A stretch of DNA of 36,604 nucleotides from Candidatus Bipolaricaulota bacterium (lineage in GTDB: Bacteria > Bipolaricaulota > Bipolaricaulia > UBA7950 > UBA9294): the NCBI GenBank assembly GCA_003979035.1, contig RXOA01000119.1, positions 1-36,604 of the forward strand, written 5' to 3'. Every line of letters begins with the position of its first letter. Within the stretch, counting starts at the first letter, position 1. This document shows positions 9,623 through 18,229 of the stretch, in pieces. The notes under the pieces were generated by a model that saw nothing but the letters and a program-made list of their open reading frames with translations, was not told the origin of the DNA and did no database searches. Both the position numbers and the translations under genes were made by a program.

Positions 9623-10591
9623 CTAGCTACGATCAAACCACAATGCCGCAGGCTCTTCCCGAATGATGACACCATTGAGGAACCCCGCAGCTTTGTTCAA
9701 ACCCTCTTCAAGCGACATCTGATGATCCTCGTGCTCAATGCTGATCACGCCGTCGTACCCGATCTCCTTGAGGGTCCAGATGAACGCCCTCCAGAATTCC
9801 TCACCGTGTCCGTATCCGACTGTCTTGAAGTTCCAGCCACGACCTTCCGCACTGAGGTTCTTGGTCTCGAGAACTCCGAAACGCTCCGCAACACCCTTCT
9901 CTACGGCGCTATCCTTGGCATGGACGTGGAAGATGCACTCGCGAAGCTCGCGTGCCGCAAGGCAAGGGTCCATCCCTTGCCAGAAGAGGTGACTGGGATC
10001 GAAGTTCGATCCGATGGCCGGTCCCACCGCCTCCCGAAGCTTGAGAAGCCGCTCTGGATTGAACACTGCATCGCCAGGATGCATCTCTAGCGCGATCTTC
10101 TCCACGCCGCACTTCTTCGCATGCTTGGCAATCTCTTTCCAGGTTGGGATCAACTTTTCTTCCCACTGCCATTTCAACAGATCCGCGTAGTAGTCCGGCC
10201 ACGAACAGGTGACCCAATTGGGGCACTTCGCATCCTCGCTGTCTCCAGGGCAGCCTGCGAAGCCAACGACACAGTCCACACCGAGCTCGCCGCAAAGCTG
10301 CAATGCTTCTTTGAAATCCCGGGTATGCTGTTCCGAGATGCTCTTGTCCGGGTGAACAACGTTCCCATGGCAGCTCAAGGCACTAATCTCAACTCCGCGA
10401 CCTGCGATCAGTGACTTGAGCGCCTTCAGCTTTGACGGATCTGCAAGAAGCGCTCCAGGATCGCAATGTATCTTCGGGATGAACCCTCCTGTTCCCAGCT
10501 CGATCATGTCGAGGCTCAGATTGGAGAGAGCATTCAGTGCTTCCTCTAGAGAGCGGTCTGCGTACACTACCGTGAAGCAACCTAGTTTCAT
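9623..10591 (-). CDS. Sugar phosphate isomerase/epimerase, xylose-isomerase-like TIM barrel (keto-sugar hydratase/epimerase candidate)
   Basis: IELGTGG, ISALSCHGN, GCPGDS, PNWVTCSWP, WQWEE, LEMHPG, NFDPSHLFWQG, HVHAKD, SIEHED; 322 aa. Confidence 0.88.
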   Translation of the reverse strand: MKLGCFTVVYADRSLEEALNALSNLSLDMIELGTGGFIPKIHCDPGALLADPSKLKALKSLIAGRGVEISALSCHGNVVHPDKSISEQHTRDFKEALQLCGELGVDCVVGFAGCPGDSEDAKCPNWVTCSWPDYYADLLKWQWEEKLIPTWKEIAKHAKKCGVEKIALEMHPGDAVFNPERLLKLREAVGPAIGSNFDPSHLFWQGMDPCLAARELRECIFHVHAKDSAVEKGVAERFGVLETKNLSAEGRGWNFKTVGYGHGEEFWRAFIWTLKEIGYDGVISIEHEDHQMSLEEGLNKAAGFLNGVIIREEPAALWFDRS

Positions 10592-10637
10592 TCTTCTGCC
10601 CCTTTCGTGTTGTATGTCCTCATCCAGATACCGTCGC

Positions 10638-11795
10638 TTAGCCTAGCGAGACCCATTCCCTGGTTTCCGCTGACTTCTGGATCGCGTCGCAAAGCATGTT
10701 GATCCTGAGCCCATCGCGGAAATTCGGATTCGCACTGCCGTCATTCTGAATCGCCTTCACCATCTCATACATCTGGACAGCGAACGTCTCACCGAACCCA
10801 ATCCCCATTCCTTGGATCGGCCACAGGGCCTCGCCGTAGGGATGATCAAATCCTCCCGTGAGAACCCGTGTGAATCCGCTGCGTTCATTCGGTGTATCGA
10901 AGGTAGAAAGAAGAACCTCGTTGGGGCGTTCCCAGTCGAAGAACACCGCGCCCTTCATTCCGTAGACCTCGAAATCGAAGTGGTTCTTCTTCCCCGAGGC
11001 CAGCCTGCTTGCCACAAGACTGCCTTGCGCGCCGTTCTCGAACTGCAGCAAGACATCGCAAATATCGTCGACGTCAACTTTCCCCATCTTGACAGCTCCG
11101 CCCTCCGCCTTGTGCCCCAGCCCCCCAGCTCCGATCGGACGCTCAGTAATGTGTGTGGAAAGCAGTCCTGCCACCTGAGAGATTTCGCCGACAAGGAATC
11201 GAGACATGTCAAGTACATGGGAGCCGAGATCCCCCAAGCTCCCGCTGCCTGCGATCTCCTTTCTGAAGCGCCAGCTCAACGCGCCAGTTGCGTCGAGACC
11301 CCAGTCCTGGACGAACGATCCTCGGAAGCCTACGATTTTTCCAAGTCGCCCTTCATCGATCCATCGCTTGATCAGCTGAACCGCAGGTGCTTTTCGGTAG
11401 TTGAATCCGATCCCGTGCTTCACCCCAGACCGCTCTGCGGCGTCGGCAATCTCTTTGGCTTCGGCGGCAGTCCGTGCAAGCGGCTTCTCACAGAAGATGT
11501 GTTTCCCGTTGGCGATCGTCTCCAGAGCGATCTCCCTGTGCATGTCATTCGGCACGCAAACGAAAACCAGATCAATCTGATCGCTGGAGACAAGCTTCCT
11601 CCAATCGTCGGTCCACTCTGGGATCGCCAATCGCTCTGCCGTTTCCCTCGCAAGCGAAGCATCCCTCTCCGCAATCATCCGCAGGTGGACGTCCTTCGTC
11701 TCTGCTGCGAAGAAAGTCTTCATCATGTGGTACCCGACGGTATGCGTTCTTCCGATGAGCCCCCCACCAACGATTCCGATGTTCACTCGTGCCAT
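10638..11795 (-). CDS. Gfo/Idh/MocA oxidoreductase resembling levoglucosan dehydrogenase
   Basis: CEKPLART, FNYRKAPAV, QDW, LSWRFRKEIAGSGSLGD, VDVDD, HPYGEALWPIQGMGIGFGET. RBS AAGGAG before ATG 11795. Confidence 0.9.
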   Translation of the reverse strand: MARVNIGIVGGGLIGRTHTVGYHMMKTFFAAETKDVHLRMIAERDASLARETAERLAIPEWTDDWRKLVSSDQIDLVFVCVPNDMHREIALETIANGKHIFCEKPLARTAAEAKEIADAAERSGVKHGIGFNYRKAPAVQLIKRWIDEGRLGKIVGFRGSFVQDWGLDATGALSWRFRKEIAGSGSLGDLGSHVLDMSRFLVGEISQVAGLLSTHITERPIGAGGLGHKAEGGAVKMGKVDVDDICDVLLQFENGAQGSLVASRLASGKKNHFDFEVYGMKGAVFFDWERPNEVLLSTFDTPNERSGFTRVLTGGFDHPYGEALWPIQGMGIGFGETFAVQMYEMVKAIQNDGSANPNFRDGLRINMLCDAIQKSAETREWVSLG

Positions 11796-11867
11796 GCTCT
11801 CTCCTTTCTGTGCTCCAGGTTGCCGATCCTCGTGCTTTGCTTTGTGCCGCATCTCATGCAAGGCTCT

Positions 11868-12845
11868 CTAGCTTTGGATCCCTCGCAAACGATTGATGAC
11901 GACTGCTGTAAGAATCAGCAGCCCGTTCGCGAACTGGATGTAGTACCCTCCGATATTGGCAAGGACAAGGCCGTTTCGAATGACTCCGATGATCAGAACA
12001 CCGAGGACGGTTCCCAAGACCGTTCCGATTCCACCGTTCAGGCTGGTCCCCCCAATGATGACTGCCGCAATGATGGCCATCTCGTATCCAGATGCGATCG
12101 ATGGCTGTGCCACCCCGAGTCGAGCAATCAGCAGGACACCCCCAAGCGCACCCAACGCGCCTGCCAAGACGTACGTAAGCAACGTGACCTTCGCCGTCTG
12201 AACACCCGAGTAGCGGCTGGCAACCTCGTTTCCTCCAGTCGCATACAGCTGATAGCCAAACACCGTGTACCGCTGGATGAGATGAATCACGATGGCCACA
12301 GCCAGAAAGAAGACAATCGGGACGGGGACGACGCCACCGATCAACCCCTGTCCCAATGCCGTGAACGAGGAAGGAAGGTTCACGACAGGCAGTCCTTTCG
12401 TGATCATGAATGCAACCCCGCGCACGACGCTCATCATTCCGAGCGTCGTAATGATCGGTCCCAGTCGAATGCGAGTGATGATCAACCCGTTAACCAAACC
12501 GATGCCCATGCCTGCAACAATGGCGATGAGAACCGCCGGGAAAACGGGGACGCCACTCACCATAAGCAACGATACAAGGATCCCTGATAGCGCCATGTTC
12601 GACGCGATCGAGAGATCCAACCCTCCTGTGATCATGACAAGCATCATCCCGAGTGCGGCGATCCCTTCGAAAGAAACAGCCCTGAGAATGCTGAAGATGT
12701 TCCCCATTGAGAGGAAGTTCTTGGCCAGGAACGACAACGCGATCACGAGTACGATCAACGCCATCAGAACGCCAGTCTCCCGCCCTCGGAAGACCCGGAG
12801 TAGCGCTTTCTTGCTCGAGTTGGCCATCGATTGTCTCTTACTCAT
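11868..12845 (-). CDS. Monosaccharide ABC transporter permease (RbsC-like)
   Basis: Multi-TM protein with ITGGLDLS, IITTLG, YATGGNEVASRYSG, IAAVIIGGTSL. ATG 12845 overlaps the ATPase stop; 12827 is an alternative start. Confidence 0.92.
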   Translation of the reverse strand: MSKRQSMANSSKKALLRVFRGRETGVLMALIVLVIALSFLAKNFLSMGNIFSILRAVSFEGIAALGMMLVMITGGLDLSIASNMALSGILVSLLMVSGVPVFPAVLIAIVAGMGIGLVNGLIITRIRLGPIITTLGMMSVVRGVAFMITKGLPVVNLPSSFTALGQGLIGGVVPVPIVFFLAVAIVIHLIQRYTVFGYQLYATGGNEVASRYSGVQTAKVTLLTYVLAGALGALGGVLLIARLGVAQPSIASGYEMAIIAAVIIGGTSLNGGIGTVLGTVLGVLIIGVIRNGLVLANIGGYYIQFANGLLILTAVVINRLRGIQS

Positions 12846-14382
12846 CGCCCCTAGCCTCCTCACGGACTCCGTTTCCCGCACTGCCTCCGGTATTCACTGC
12901 GCCTGTGATTGCATGCATGATTTCCTCTTGCGTAACCGCATCCGATTCGTACTCCCCTGTGATCCTGCCCTTGTACATCGTGATGATTCTGTTGCTAACC
13001 GATATCAACTCGGGCAGCTCACAAGATGTCATGACGCATGCCTTGCCTTCTCCTACAAGGTCGCGAAGGATGCCATGGATCTCGGACTTCGCGCCCACAT
13101 CGACTCCGCGCGTAGGATCATCCAACAGAAGCAGATGCGGATTGGTTACGAGCCATTTTGCCAGGACAACCTTCTGCTGATTCCCTCCGCTCAAGTAGTT
13201 CACAGCTTGCCAGGGTGAGTGAGATCGGATAGAGAGCATTTTGATCACTCTCTCACCAAGTTTTCGGATCGCATTGCGTTGTATGATCCGCTTCCTGCTG
13301 AGCGTGCGCAGAATGGTGATCGCCGTGTTCTCAGCCACCGATTGAATGAGGTTCAACCCCTCAACATGACGATCCACAGGGACATAGCCCAGGCCCGCCC
13401 CAATCGCATCTTTCGGCGTCCGGATCTCCATTTTCTTGCCGTCAATCAGCACAGTTCCCCGAACCTCGGATTCGAGACCGAAGAGGCCTTTCATGAGGTC
13501 GCTTGCGCCAGATCCCTGAAGGCCAGCAAGACCCAGGATCTCGCCCGGATAGACGGAAAGGGAGACGTCGGTGACCTTGTCGGAAACAGAGAAGCCGTCA
13601 ACTGCCAGTACCGGCTCAGTGTCAGCACTTCTCACGGGTGTTACTCTCTCGAACGCCTGCACATCATGGCCTGCCATCAGGGTGGCAACACGGGCAGGAG
13701 TGACCTCTTCGATGCTGCCGGTGAAAACATTGCTGCCGTCTCTTAGGATGGTGATCCGACTGGCAATTCGGAATACCTCATCGAGTTTGTGGGACACATA
13801 AACCACAGTGATATTCTGCTCTCGGAGCTTTGCAATGAGATCGAAGAAACTCTCCAGTTCCTGCAAAGCCAGAGCAGATGTGGGTTCATCCATAATGATG
13901 AGTTCGACGTTCATTGCTACGGCCTTGCAGATCTCCACGACTTGTCGTTCACCGATGGAGAGTCTGCTGAGCAGCTCATCAGGCTCTCTTTCCAAGCCGA
14001 ATTGCCTAAGAAGTGCCCTTGCTCTCTGATTCCGCTCTCCCCACATGAGAGGCCTCAGAGTTGTCTTCGAAAGCTCCGAAAGGTAGATGTTCTGCGCGAC
14101 TGTGAGGTTTGAGCACTGAGGGAAGTGCTGATGCACAACACCCACTCCTAGATTTCGAGCATCCAGCGGACTCCGGATGTCCGTGGCTTCCCCTTTCCAC
14201 AGGATCTCTCCATCATCTTTGCTCTCAATGCCAGCACATACCTTGATCAGTGTCGACTTGCCGGCTCCGTTCTCACCCACAAGAGCGTGGACACTGCCCG
14301 CCTCAACACCGAAGCTCACTCCCTTGAGTGCTTGCACCCCTGGGAATGTCTTCACGACGCCCTGTACTTCAAGTAGGTTCAC
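12838..14382 (-). CDS. Monosaccharide ABC transporter ATP-binding protein, two domains (RbsA-like)
   Basis: GENGAGKST, LSIGERQ, MDEPT, LSGGNQQK, DDPTRGVDVGAK. Confidence 0.95.
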   Translation of the reverse strand: MNLLEVQGVVKTFPGVQALKGVSFGVEAGSVHALVGENGAGKSTLIKVCAGIESKDDGEILWKGEATDIRSPLDARNLGVGVVHQHFPQCSNLTVAQNIYLSELSKTTLRPLMWGERNQRARALLRQFGLEREPDELLSRLSIGERQVVEICKAVAMNVELIIMDEPTSALALQELESFFDLIAKLREQNITVVYVSHKLDEVFRIASRITILRDGSNVFTGSIEEVTPARVATLMAGHDVQAFERVTPVRSADTEPVLAVDGFSVSDKVTDVSLSVYPGEILGLAGLQGSGASDLMKGLFGLESEVRGTVLIDGKKMEIRTPKDAIGAGLGYVPVDRHVEGLNLIQSVAENTAITILRTLSRKRIIQRNAIRKLGERVIKMLSIRSHSPWQAVNYLSGGNQQKVVLAKWLVTNPHLLLLDDPTRGVDVGAKSEIHGILRDLVGEGKACVMTSCELPELISVSNRIITMYKGRITGEYESDAVTQEEIMHAITGAVNTGGSAGNGVREEARGDE

Positions 14383-14442
14383 GTTGCCATCCTAGCCGCC
14401 CTTGGGAGCTTGCCCATCATTTCCTCTGCCCTTAGGAGATAG

Positions 14443-14475
14443 GGAGGCTTCCCCCGGTCGAAAGGAGAAGCCTCC
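14443..14475 (-). terminator. Stem-loop after the binding-protein gene
   Basis: GGAGGCTTC (14443-14451) / GAAGCCTCC (14467-14475). This position is typical of hairpins that raise binding-protein mRNA over permease mRNA. Confidence 0.6.
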
Positions 14476-14496
14476 TCCGCTGGAACAAGAGCTAAG

Positions 14497-15483
14497 CTAT
14501 CCTTCCCATTCCGCCATCAAGTCGCGATAGTCGGAGACGCTGATGCTGTCGCCGCCCCCATCCGAAGTGATGATATCCATGCCTGAACTCAGCATCGTAA
14601 TCGGGTTCTCAGCGAGGTAGCCAGCAAGCGCAGGCGTCCTCAGGAGCGAGAACAGCATATTCACGCTGCCGTAGCCCATCTCGTAGAAGCGTTGTCCGAT
14701 GCATGCTTTGAGGATCCCCGCTTCGACATACTGAAGCGCGTTTTCAAGGGGATCCACGCCCACGCACAGCAACTCGCCATTCTGGACTCGTTCGTTCACG
14801 GTTGGCATCGAGCCCACATTCCCCCACCAGGGGAACCCGGTCGTTGTCGCCAAGCCGTCGATTTCGGGATTCGCCGCGATGTAGTTCTCCACAGCATCGA
14901 CTGCAAGTCCGATTTCGAGCGCTGTCGTGGTGAAGCGAGTGACGACTTCGATATTCGGGTATCCCGCAAACGTGTCCAGCATCCCTTCATATCGCGCGTC
15001 AAGGTTCGGGTGTCCGACGTAAACCTGGAAGATCGCAACCTTCCCTTCTCCACCCATCGCCTCGGCAAGCTGTGAAGCAACGAGCTGTCCGAGCTCGAAG
15101 TCAGGTGTTCCGTAATAGATAAGCCTCGGGCTGTCCGGGCAATCCGAATCCCAGGTCACTACGGGGATGCCCTTCTCCGCGGCCTGAACAAGGATCGGCC
15201 GCATCGCATCGGCACTGCTCACCGATACGGCAATCGCATCCACTCCGCGATTCAAGAGGTCCTCGACGACTCGAGCAGCCTCATAGCCCTCGTCGGAGAC
15301 CGGGCCCGTATAAATCAGGTCGATCCCAAGTTCTGCGGCTGCTGCCTCAGCGCCTGCCTTCGTCGCGAAGAACACAGGATTATCGAGCGCCTTCGGGACA
15401 ACCGCAATCTCGATATCCGCAGCCGCAGCCAAGATCCCCAAAGACATGATGCACAGCAGAACAACTCCAAGAGTCTTTCTCAT
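14497..15483 (-). CDS. Sugar ABC transporter substrate-binding protein (type 1 periplasmic binding fold)
   Basis: Signal peptide MRKTLGVVLLCIMSLGILAAAA with no lipobox; VPKALDNPVF, GVDAIAVS, GIPVVTWDSD, GQRFYEMGY. RBS GGAGG before ATG 15483. Confidence 0.92.
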   Translation of the reverse strand: MRKTLGVVLLCIMSLGILAAAADIEIAVVPKALDNPVFFATKAGAEAAAAELGIDLIYTGPVSDEGYEAARVVEDLLNRGVDAIAVSVSSADAMRPILVQAAEKGIPVVTWDSDCPDSPRLIYYGTPDFELGQLVASQLAEAMGGEGKVAIFQVYVGHPNLDARYEGMLDTFAGYPNIEVVTRFTTTALEIGLAVDAVENYIAANPEIDGLATTTGFPWWGNVGSMPTVNERVQNGELLCVGVDPLENALQYVEAGILKACIGQRFYEMGYGSVNMLFSLLRTPALAGYLAENPITMLSSGMDIITSDGGGDSISVSDYRDLMAEWEG

Positions 15484-15619
15484 CAAGTTCCCTCCTAGGT
15501 ATGCCCAATGCAAGTTGATGACCTTATTCCATCTCCTCTTCGTCGATGAACACTTCCATCTTCCTGCAACCACCTCCCTTGCTAGTGGAAAGGCAAGTCT
15601 GTACTCACAAGATCCATCC

Positions 15620-16624
15620 CTATGTCATTGGCGCACAACATGATTCCCGAATCATCAGTTCACACGGCAGCACAACTTGTTCGGCCTTGGACTCTCCTCT
15701 GGCAATCCGTTTCAGCAGAAGACCCATCGCCGTATAGCCCATCCTGTATTGATCCTGTGCAACAACGCTCAATGCCGGATTCCAGGATCGCGCCCATCCT
15801 GGGTCATCGAATCCCATGACCGACACATCCTCGGGGCACCTGAGCTTCGTCTCTTGCAGGTTCTTCAGGGCACCAAGGACCATGAGATTGTTGGTGGCGA
15901 AGACTGCTGTTGCCGGTTCGACTTGTTCCATCAGGTGGCGCATGGCTTCGAAGGCTCCCTCAACTTTAAGGCCCGCCTCCCAGATCAATCCATCATCGCA
16001 GGTAAGTCCAGCCGCCTCGTGGGCCTGCCTCCAACCACGGAGCCTATCGCGGAAGGTCGCGATGCCCTCCATCTCAACGATGATTCCGATTCTCGTGTGC
16101 CCAAGACTGATGAGATACTCAGTTGCCTGTCTCGCGCCTTCAATATTGTCGGAATACACTTGGTCAATCGGGAAATCGTCGAAGGGGCGATCTATCGCTA
16201 CAAAAGGAACTCCGCGATTCCGAAGTCGCCGCAACGTGCTTGCGGCAGCAGCAGATGGCGCGATTAGGAAGCCATCCACTCTTCGCTCAAGCATCAGTGA
16301 GACGCTGAGATTCTCCCTCTCAGGATCTTCATCCGTGTTACACAGAATGAGGCTATAGCCGCGCTCCCGTGCACAGTCTTCTGCTCCCCTTACAACGCCG
16401 GGGAAGAACGGGTTCGCGATGTCAGAGACCAAGACGGCGATTGTCTCCGACAGCCCTGTTCTCAGCCCTCTGGCGCGTTGATCCGGCTTGTAGTCCAGCT
16501 CGTCAATGGCCTGGCGTACACGCTGTGCCAGCTCTTCGCTGACATATCGTGTGTCATTGAGAACATGAGATACCGTAGTAATGGAAACGGCCGCCTTCTC
16601 AGCGACTTCACGCATCGTTGCCAA
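15620..16624 (-). CDS. LacI-family transcriptional regulator (paralogue 1), TTG start
   Basis: ATMREVAEKAAVSITTVSHVLN HTH, ARGLR hinge, NPFF, GFDD. TTG 16624 follows GGAGG and aligns with the Met of paralogue 2. Confidence 0.93.
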   Translation of the reverse strand: MATMREVAEKAAVSITTVSHVLNDTRYVSEELAQRVRQAIDELDYKPDQRARGLRTGLSETIAVLVSDIANPFFPGVVRGAEDCARERGYSLILCNTDEDPERENLSVSLMLERRVDGFLIAPSAAAASTLRRLRNRGVPFVAIDRPFDDFPIDQVYSDNIEGARQATEYLISLGHTRIGIIVEMEGIATFRDRLRGWRQAHEAAGLTCDDGLIWEAGLKVEGAFEAMRHLMEQVEPATAVFATNNLMVLGALKNLQETKLRCPEDVSVMGFDDPGWARSWNPALSVVAQDQYRMGYTAMGLLLKRIARGESKAEQVVLPCELMIRESCCAPMT

Positions 16625-16662
16625 TAAGAACCTCCAGCCCGCCAGCCGCAAAGACAAGGTTA

Positions 16663-16710
16663 GGAAACCTTTGCGCAAACCTTAGCGCGAACGTTTGCGC
16701 AACCGTTTGC
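16663..16710. promoter_or_regulatory. Four abutting 12-bp LacI-type operators, consensus GCAAACGTTTGC
   Basis: GGAAACCTTTGC (16663), GCAAACCTTAGC (16675), GCGAACGTTTGC (16687), GCAACCGTTTGC (16699). Confidence 0.8.
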
Positions 16711-16738
16711 TTATAGCGCGAAAACTATGGAAAGTCAA
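16710..16738 (-). promoter_or_regulatory. Sigma70-type promoter of the sugar operon
   Basis: Minus strand TTGACT (16738-16733), 17-nt spacer, TATAAG (16715-16710), directly against the operator array. Confidence 0.8.
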
Positions 16739-16952
16739 GTCCTAGGACAAACGTCAGCTGGATCAGCAAGCGCCACTCCGGCACAGAAAGCGTTCTCGGA
16801 ATGGGACTTCGGGAAGGCAGCGTGAAGCCGATCACGAACGGCCTGCTTGACTACAGATCGAATTCCTCGCCCCTGCTGCATGCAAGGCCAATCTCAGCCT
16901 TGTCAAGTCGGGAGTTGGGCACGCGCTACTGGCTGTAAAGAGACGCCCAGAG

Positions 16953-17975
16953 TCAATCCAGGGAGAGCGGTGAGTCCGCGGCAGGCTGGCCGGTGGATTC
17001 CCGAATGCGAAGCTCGCAGAGGAGACAGATGGTCTTCGGGGGCGACGTGTCGCCCTTGATCCGCTCCAACAGCAGCTCGGTTGCCTTGTACCCCATCTCG
17101 TAGGGCTGCTGCGCAACTGACGTGATTGCCGGTGAGAAGGCACTTGCCCAGTCAGGATCGTCGAAGCCGATGACTGAAACCATTTGTGGGCAGCTGATTC
17201 CAGCATCTTTCAAGTATCGGAAGACTCCCAGCGTCATCAGGTTGTTCGTGCTGAAGATGGCGGAAACAGGATCACTCCCGGAGAGAAGCCGTTTCGCCGC
17301 AGCATAGGCACCCTCGACTTCAAGACCCGCCTGCCTGAGATCGCCAGTGTGTGGAGAAAGCCCCCCCTGCGCAAGCGCCTTCTTCCATCCGACGACTCGC
17401 GACCGAAAGCTGGGGATGTCTGCAATCTCCGCGACAATGCCGATTCGAGTGTGGCCAAGGTCGATCAAATGTTTCGTTGCCTCGTAGGCACCTCGTTCGT
17501 TCTCTGAGTAAACCTGATCCACAGGCAGGTCATCCGGACGGTCGATCAGAACCACGGGCGTACCATGACGGATGAGGTTCTCCAAAGCGTCGCTATCGCC
17601 AATTGATGGGGCGACGATGAATCCATCGACCCGACGCTCCAGCATCGTGGATAAGTTGACTCGTTCGGTCTCTGCGCTTTCGTCGGTGTTCGACAGAAGC
17701 ACACTATAGCCACTCTCCCGCGCGCAATCCTCGATGCCACGAACAACCTTAGGAAAGAACGGGTTGGAAATGTCCGAGACCAGGGCGGCAAGCGTCTCGG
17801 TGGAACCCGTTCGCAGACTCCTAGCACGCTGATCCGGACGGTACTCCAGCTTCCGGATTGCCTGACTGACGCGATCCGCGAGTTCCTCACTGACAAACCG
17901 TGTCTGGTTGATTACATGCGATACTGTCGTGATTGAAACACCCGCATACTCTGCGACTTCCCGCATCGTAGCCAT
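16953..17975 (-). CDS. LacI-family transcriptional regulator (paralogue 2)
   Basis: MATMREVAEYAGVSITTVSHVIN HTH, ARSLR hinge, NPFF, GFDD. Confidence 0.93.
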   Translation of the reverse strand: MATMREVAEYAGVSITTVSHVINQTRFVSEELADRVSQAIRKLEYRPDQRARSLRTGSTETLAALVSDISNPFFPKVVRGIEDCARESGYSVLLSNTDESAETERVNLSTMLERRVDGFIVAPSIGDSDALENLIRHGTPVVLIDRPDDLPVDQVYSENERGAYEATKHLIDLGHTRIGIVAEIADIPSFRSRVVGWKKALAQGGLSPHTGDLRQAGLEVEGAYAAAKRLLSGSDPVSAIFSTNNLMTLGVFRYLKDAGISCPQMVSVIGFDDPDWASAFSPAITSVAQQPYEMGYKATELLLERIKGDTSPPKTICLLCELRIRESTGQPAADSPLSLD

Positions 17976-18229
17976 ACTCGATTCCACCTTCGCGTGGCTG
18001 CAACTTGTTTGCGTCGAACCCTACAATCGAGACAGCTTAGATCCGGACCGGGATCTGCAAGCGACCCGCCCAATCCGGCGAGCTTCCATCAACAAGGTGA
18101 TTGCCACACGACCATCCCGGCTCATTCCAGGATAGGCCCAGGACTTGATTCATTGTCTGCAAGTGGTCCTTTCATCTCTTCAGGCAAAGAACCCTCCTAC
18201 AAGCTGAGAAGCGACCATCTCTTGCCCAA

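Noticed and set aside
10812-12587. 591-aa plus-strand ORF
   Set aside because: Antisense shadow of the Gfo and permease genes, with no motifs. The same applies to 2742-3821, 4002-4925, 12292-13218, 18545-19438, 20888-21724 and other long overlapping ORFs.
14379-14390. Mini-ORF ATG GCA ACG TGA overlapping the ABC ATPase GTG start
   Set aside because: Three codons is easily chance. A frameshifted true start is possible but cannot be tested without reads.
18000-18012. GCAACTTGTTTGC upstream of LacI-2 as a fifth operator
   Set aside because: 13 bp with the central CG disrupted; could be a degenerate site but is not supportable by eye.
18170-18200. CTCTTCAGGCAAAGAACC resembles the 3' end of a glycine riboswitch aptamer
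   Set aside because: The upstream GGAGA and CCGAAG elements are missing and no same-strand gene follows.
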